DNA of 64,000 nucleotides from Candidatus Sumerlaeales bacterium. GTDB lineage: Bacteria; Sumerlaeota; Sumerlaeia; Sumerlaeales; Sumerlaeaceae. Positions 59,556 through 64,000 of the stretch are shown piece by piece (position 1 is the first letter of the stretch; each line of letters opens with the position of its first letter). Made by a program: the position numbers and the translations under genes. The stretch spans positions 50,171-114,170 of the forward strand of contig JBBSQY010000004.1 of NCBI GenBank assembly GCA_038243585.1. Reading direction: 5' to 3'. The notes beneath the pieces are model-generated. The model saw only the letters and a list, made by a program, of their open reading frames with translations. It was not told where the DNA came from and searched no databases.

Positions 59556-60404
59556 ATGTCCCCGAAAAAAAACATACTTCGGCACGCGCCCAAATTGGCC
59601 GCAATGCTTGCCCTATTGCCCGACGCCGCGAATGCCTGCGCTATATGCGTCAGCAATATAAGTTACAATTATGCGCCCTTCACCGCTGTCTGGGTACTTG
59701 TATTATTTATCTGGACGGCGTTTCTGGCCGGAATGATGTGGTATCGAAGGCGTAACGGGCTCGATCTGCTTCCACTGCAACATCATTTTCAATCCGCCAG
59801 AAAATACCTCATTGTCGTGGTCGCCTTATTCATACTCGGGATGCACCTGGCAGCCATAATATTTTTGCCTTGGCTACTAATCAAAACAGCATTCGCGCGG
59901 GGAACCGCAGAGCACCAATTTGTCAAAAATGCAGCAAAATCCTTGCTCGTGGTCTTGCTTGTCAGCGCCCCAGTTCTTTACAAGTTCCTTCCTCAGACAT
60001 CTTCTGAAGTCAGTGCGAGAGATCACGCAACTAACGTCCGAAAAGAGCTAAGACGGCTAATATCACCACAACGTAAAATCCCGGCCCAAAAACAACCCGA
60101 TCCCTTTGCTTATCAAATTTTCGATGTTCCCGTCTTGGGATGGGTGGTCCAGTCACCCGGATTCTATCGTCCGCTAAATTCCAGCAACACCCTGCAATCT
60201 GTATCAACCGCAGATCACCGCGCCGCCTGGTCTCGCGGACCCGACGGCAAATTTGATTTAACTCCCGCTTCCGTAGCAAGCGCGCTGAACCAAATACAAA
60301 AAGGAACCGCGCCGCTATTTGATCAACATCGTTACGACCCAACAAACGGCGTACTTAGCGCTGGGGATATAATAGAGTTCACGGAGCAAACGGCACAACG
60401 CTAA
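59556..60404 (+). CDS. Membrane protein with N-terminal CxxC and a C-terminal pilin/GspG-like motif
   Basis: Signal-like N-terminus ending ANA-CAIC, 3-4 TM helices, then DPF...WSRGPDG...YDPTNGVLSAGDI. Confidence 0.7.
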   Translation: MSPKKNILRHAPKLAAMLALLPDAANACAICVSNISYNYAPFTAVWVLVLFIWTAFLAGMMWYRRRNGLDLLPLQHHFQSARKYLIVVVALFILGMHLAAIIFLPWLLIKTAFARGTAEHQFVKNAAKSLLVVLLVSAPVLYKFLPQTSSEVSARDHATNVRKELRRLISPQRKIPAQKQPDPFAYQIFDVPVLGWVVQSPGFYRPLNSSNTLQSVSTADHRAAWSRGPDGKFDLTPASVASALNQIQKGTAPLFDQHRYDPTNGVLSAGDIIEFTEQTAQR

Positions 60405-60618
60405 GACTAAGAAAAACTTCGGCTAACTAGTAATGATTCTATCTACTAACAATGAAAAGGGCACACAAAATTATTTCATCCAAAGCCTCTGCGGGCGTCA
60501 TCCAACTAGGCACCTGCCGTGTTTGTTTATTTGGCGTTTGCTTCGTGCTTTCGTGCTTTTGTGCCAAATCTCCCCGCCCTTCATTTAAGACCCCGTGCGG
60601 GAATAGCTAGCCGGTTTG

Positions 60619-61079
60619 GGATTTCAGGCACGCGCACCTCTGACCCCATCGTTTTTTTCCTTCACCCTTCGGAACTTTCTTGCTGTCCAAACGAATGGCT
60701 CGACAAGCACGCATTGTTACTCCAGGGTATCCGAACCATGTTAAACATCGTGGGAATCTGCGCTCAAATCTTAAGCAGGCTCTAATGGATGCCCTGATTT
60801 CATGGAAAGAACACGCCCCATCAGCGACGTGACGGAATCAATGGGGCCAGCGGTTGCGCGTCCCGAAATCCAGCAAAACACCTAAACCGGCAAACCTACC
60901 AGAGGTGAAAGTTCGTCGAAGAAATGAAAGTCAGGCTGGAACGCATCCCGAAACGCCAGAAACCTGATCCGAATTCCAAAATAGAGATCGACAACCCTTC
61001 TCCTAATATGCATGAAGAGTTTCTATGAGGGTACACGAAAAAATAATTACTTAACCCGTCCCCTAATCTCCGTCCCCTA
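60619..61079 (+). mobile_element. Internally deleted RAYT (Y1 HUH transposase) pseudogene with flanking repeats, copy B
   Basis: 60695: MARQARIVTPGYPNHVKHRGNLR (RAYT N-terminus). 60865-60985: EIQQNT*TGKPTRGE/KFVEEMKVRLERIPKRQKPDPNSK (RAYT C-terminus with one stop and one frameshift). Inverted repeats at 60619-60649 and 60841-60871. Tail TTACTTAACCCGTCCCCTA with CCGTCCCCTA repeated. Confidence 0.7.
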
Positions 61080-61103
61080 CTCTCTCGAATCCTGTGTATG
61101 TAA

Positions 61104-61760
61104 ATGATAATTAGACTCGATCTAAAGTGTACTAACGAATACGTAACGTTAAAAGCTGTGGCCGGAACATTTCTCTATTGCTTCATTGCCTACTTTGCTT
61201 TTGAGCAATTAGTGCAAATTTGTTTTGCTACAGGGCGGTCTCAAGCGTTTGATTTGGCCTCAGGGAATGGAATTAACATTAGCTATCCCTACTTCATGAT
61301 TTGGCAAACTGGCGTTGCGGGCTTCGTGGCGGTTTTTATGCAAATTTTTGTAATTACGGCTGCCTGCAGCCGCATAAAGATTGTTAACGCTGTTGTTGTG
61401 GTAGTGCTTATAACTTCATTCACAATTACCGTTTCTGCTGCTCTAGCTAATGATTGGGCCAAGTATAGCGTGCTAAATTTCATTTATGAGCTGTTGCCTT
61501 ATATCGTTCCTATTATTATAATTATTGTTGCGAGTGTAGTTTTGGAATGTAAAGCTACTTGGATTTCTCTTACTGTTTCTTGTCTCGCTTTAGTATTTGC
61601 TGGGTTTGAAATTTTTGCAGAGGCTAACATTGCGTATCGTGTCAGGCGGTATGAGCTGTTGTCAGTATTAATTAGCAGTAGTATTGTGCTGCTTCTTTCA
61701 AATTTTTCCACAAAAAATGGCAAATGGGTTCTGCGTCGCTCAAAACTGCCATCAATATAA
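61104..61760 (+). CDS. AT-rich hypothetical polytopic membrane protein
   Basis: 218-aa ORF with about 6 hydrophobic helices; visibly more AT-rich than the host genes. Confidence 0.55.
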   Translation: MIIRLDLKCTNEYVTLKAVAGTFLYCFIAYFAFEQLVQICFATGRSQAFDLASGNGINISYPYFMIWQTGVAGFVAVFMQIFVITAACSRIKIVNAVVVVVLITSFTITVSAALANDWAKYSVLNFIYELLPYIVPIIIIIVASVVLECKATWISLTVSCLALVFAGFEIFAEANIAYRVRRYELLSVLISSSIVLLLSNFSTKNGKWVLRRSKLPSI

Positions 61761-62744
61761 TGTCAACGGAATCTTGAAATATTGGATCAGAACGCCGCCG
61801 GCACCGTGACTGCCGACCGGTTCTTTGCCTGGGACGGAATGCGCATAGCTTCGGAACGCGCGTCGGTGTCCGGCGCGCCGGTCAAACAGTATTTCGCCCA
61901 GGGCGAAATCCGCAACGGGGTGAAGTACTACTACGCAAAAGATCACCTGGGCAACCTGCGCGAGGTGACAACCGGCTCAGGAGGCGTGGTGGCCCGTTAC
62001 GACTACGACGCCTTTGGCGTCCCGACCCAGACCCTCGGCACCATGAAATTCGACTTCCTCTACACCGGCCACTTCTACCATGAACCGTCCGGCCTCTATC
62101 TGGCTCCGTTCCGGGCCTACAACCCAAGAATGGGCCGATGGATCAGCCGCGATCCCATTGGGGTTAAGGGAGGGATTAATTTGTATGATTATGTGGGGGG
62201 CAATCCGCTTACCAGGATTGATCCTACTGGATTAGTTACCGCGGTAGTGATTGGGGATAGTACCTTAGCAGTTGGAACAGGGGGAGTAACTGGCAACCCT
62301 TTTGGACACGCCGCCGTGGCGGTTAGCGGGCAGGGAGTTTACAGTTTTGGAACTGGACTAGCAGATGTTGGCGGGGGCATGCGTAATTATCTAGAGAAAC
62401 AAGCTGATTACAGGAATAGTACCGTATACCTGCTTAATACTACACCTGGGCAAGAGCGAAAAATACTGGAGAGTTTGAAGAAGGCCGATACAAAACCCTT
62501 GCAAAAGTTTTCAGATAACTGTTCGTTAAGAAGCTCCAATGCTTTAGCGGCAGCTGGAATAGGATTGATGAATAAGATTCCGACTTCCTATGGTTTTCCT
62601 CTTCTAGCGCCGGTTTCTCCATTTCCTAAATCCTTAGAACGTGCTTTACAGGATTCAGCGTCTGATCTGGGAATTATTTCCATTGAAGTTCCAAAAGGAT
62701 CGGCGCTTCCAGAAACCATGTTTCAAGGATTCGATCCCAAATGA
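61761..62744 (+). CDS. Orphan RHS repeat-associated core with a C-terminal putative toxin domain (5'-truncated)
   Basis: YY.KDHLGN, YDYDAFG, YTGH, RAYNP.MGRWISRDPIG..GGINLY.YV.GNP..RIDPTGL, then a variable tip. Rhs-like residues start right after the upstream TAA; first possible start is TTG 61782. Confidence 0.88.
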   Translation, partial: CQRNLEILDQNAAGTVTADRFFAWDGMRIASERASVSGAPVKQYFAQGEIRNGVKYYYAKDHLGNLREVTTGSGGVVARYDYDAFGVPTQTLGTMKFDFLYTGHFYHEPSGLYLAPFRAYNPRMGRWISRDPIGVKGGINLYDYVGGNPLTRIDPTGLVTAVVIGDSTLAVGTGGVTGNPFGHAAVAVSGQGVYSFGTGLADVGGGMRNYLEKQADYRNSTVYLLNTTPGQERKILESLKKADTKPLQKFSDNCSLRSSNALAAAGIGLMNKIPTSYGFPLLAPVSPFPKSLERALQDSASDLGIISIEVPKGSALPETMFQGFDPK

Positions 62745-63106
62745 AGCCGCTCGTATTGAACCTGTGCTTTTTTCTGATAACGGTTGTTCAACTTACGGGT
62801 TGCACGGATGAAATGGATTCAAAGTTAGAGTACGATCGCATTGGTAAAATGCAGCTTACCAGTCTTGCCCCGGTTAACAAAATATCCGTAATATCCAAAG
62901 ATGAGTATTATTTTGCTGTAGTGCCATGTGGTGGCAGTAACGTTTTTATTCTATTAAACCCAAAATTTGAACCGCTGTATAAACAGATTGGATCTTGTGA
63001 CTACACGTTGACTTCTGAGGACATGGTTTTGATTGTGAAAGAAACTCCCATACTTGACCCTACTGTAAGAGAGTGCTTAAGGTCACACGTCACTGACCGG
63101 AATTAG
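62741..63106 (+). CDS. Small lipoprotein, putative cognate immunity protein
   Basis: ATGA overlap with the Rhs stop, lipobox LTGC, AT-rich like the toxin tip. Confidence 0.65.
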   Translation: MKPLVLNLCFFLITVVQLTGCTDEMDSKLEYDRIGKMQLTSLAPVNKISVISKDEYYFAVVPCGGSNVFILLNPKFEPLYKQIGSCDYTLTSEDMVLIVKETPILDPTVRECLRSHVTDRN

Positions 63107-63139
63107 GAGCGCATCGGAATAACAGGAAAAACAGTGAAT

Positions 63140-63219
63140 TTGAACTGTGCCGAATTATCGGACAGTAGTAAATTAAAGCCTTTTGAAACTGTGCCGAATT
63201 ATCGGACAGTAGTAAATTA
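63140..63219. repeat. Duplicated IS3 terminal inverted repeat
   Basis: AACTGTGCCGAATTATCGGACAGTAGTAAATTA exact at 63143-63175 and 63187-63219, preceded by TG and TGA respectively. Confidence 0.85.
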
Positions 63220-64000
63220 GGGATTAGTAGTATTTGGGATTTGGTTAGACAGTGTTTCAAATTCCATTGGCGATTTTCCGCCGAGGCTCATGTGGATGCG
63301 CCGGGGATTGTAGAAGGCTTCAACGAAGTCGAAAACCTTGAGTTCGGCCTGGCTCCGTGTGGTGGTTGGGTAGGGGTCAAATTCCTCCGTCTTTAGAGTG
63401 GCAAAAAAGCTTTCCATTGCGGCGTTGTCGTAGCAGTTTCCTTTGCGGCTCATGCTGGCGGTGATGCCTGCCTGGGTCAGTGATGCGCGGTACGTGCGGC
63501 TGGCGTATTGGCAACCGCGGTCGGAGTGGTGAATGAGTCCAGGGGCGGTTCCCCGCAGCGAGATGGCCCTCTCTAGCGCCTTTGTGACAAGAGGCGTTTC
63601 CAGACTCTCGCTGGTGGCCCAGCCGACGACCCTTCGCGAGTAAAGGTCCATGACAACGGCCAGATAATGCCATCCCTGCCGCGTCGGCAGGTAGGTGATG
63701 TCGCTGACCCAGACCTGGTTGGGAGCGCCTGGACGGGGTATTTGCCCCAGGTGGTTGGGAGCCGGGGCCAGAGCGGGATCGGTCACCGTAGTGCCGCTTC
63801 GCCGCCACTGGCGCTTGTTTCGCGCCTTTAATCCCTCGTCGCGCATGAGACGGCCAATGCGACGCCGCCCGCAGCGGACGCCTTCGCGTCCCAGCTCTAT
63901 GCGGATTCTCGGCGTGCCGTAGGTGCCGCGGCTTTTGTCAAAGGACTTGCGGATCTTTGCCTTAAGGTCTGCATCGCCGTTGCGCCGTGGCTTTTCCGGC
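63184..64000 (-). mobile_element. IS3 family insertion sequence (partial, continues beyond the window)
   Basis: Transposase OrfB plus a TG-initiated terminal IR at 63184. Confidence 0.92.
63217..64000 (-). CDS. IS3 family transposase OrfB (DDE integrase core), 5' part outside the window
   Basis: Frame open to the window edge: TYGTPRI...RLMR..GL, WVSDITY, DLYSRRVVGW, HSDRGCQY, GNCYDNAAMESFF.TLK.E and FYN..R.H. Confidence 0.95.
   Translation of the reverse strand, partial: PEKPRRNGDADLKAKIRKSFDKSRGTYGTPRIRIELGREGVRCGRRRIGRLMRDEGLKARNKRQWRRSGTTVTDPALAPAPNHLGQIPRPGAPNQVWVSDITYLPTRQGWHYLAVVMDLYSRRVVGWATSESLETPLVTKALERAISLRGTAPGLIHHSDRGCQYASRTYRASLTQAGITASMSRKGNCYDNAAMESFFATLKTEEFDPYPTTTRSQAELKVFDFVEAFYNPRRIHMSLGGKSPMEFETLSNQIPNTTNP

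Noticed and set aside
63140..63219. Two 33-bp repeats as a mini CRISPR array
   Set aside because: The spacer is only 11 nt, there are no cas genes, and the repeat is the IS3 terminus.

Overview
Bacterial chromosomal window of moderately high GC. A C-terminal 'SxGPD...YDPTNG.S.GDI' pilin-like motif and the overall gene mix suggest Ca. Sumerlaeota/BRC1 or a relative; this is inference only. Bases 1-35 kb and 47-59 kb are mostly housekeeping: TatD, YebC, rplY, TerC, RdgB, PTS EIIA, PNP, rpsO, carB, cinA, a GldA/F/G-like ABC system with a DUF4340 protein, ilvB, hemL, pcrA/uvrD, hldE, ogt and an NhaC-family transporter. That part also holds a stand-alone bioU, the suicide DAPA-forming biotin enzyme I know mainly from cyanobacteria and haloarchaea. 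Bases 35-47 kb are an accessory block: a GTAG REP pair, a sulfatase, a CHASE-GAF-GGDEF protein, a CE15-like double esterase, a decayed SulP and a heparinase II/III-like lyase. The last 5 kb (59-64 kb) is a variable island. Two eroded RAYT (REP-associated HUH transposase) elements with shared repeats alternate with orphan genes, followed by an orphan Rhs toxin tip, a putative immunity lipoprotein and an IS3 element with a duplicated end. I found no rRNA, tRNA or CRISPR array. All family assignments come from motif recognition by eye; no searches were run.
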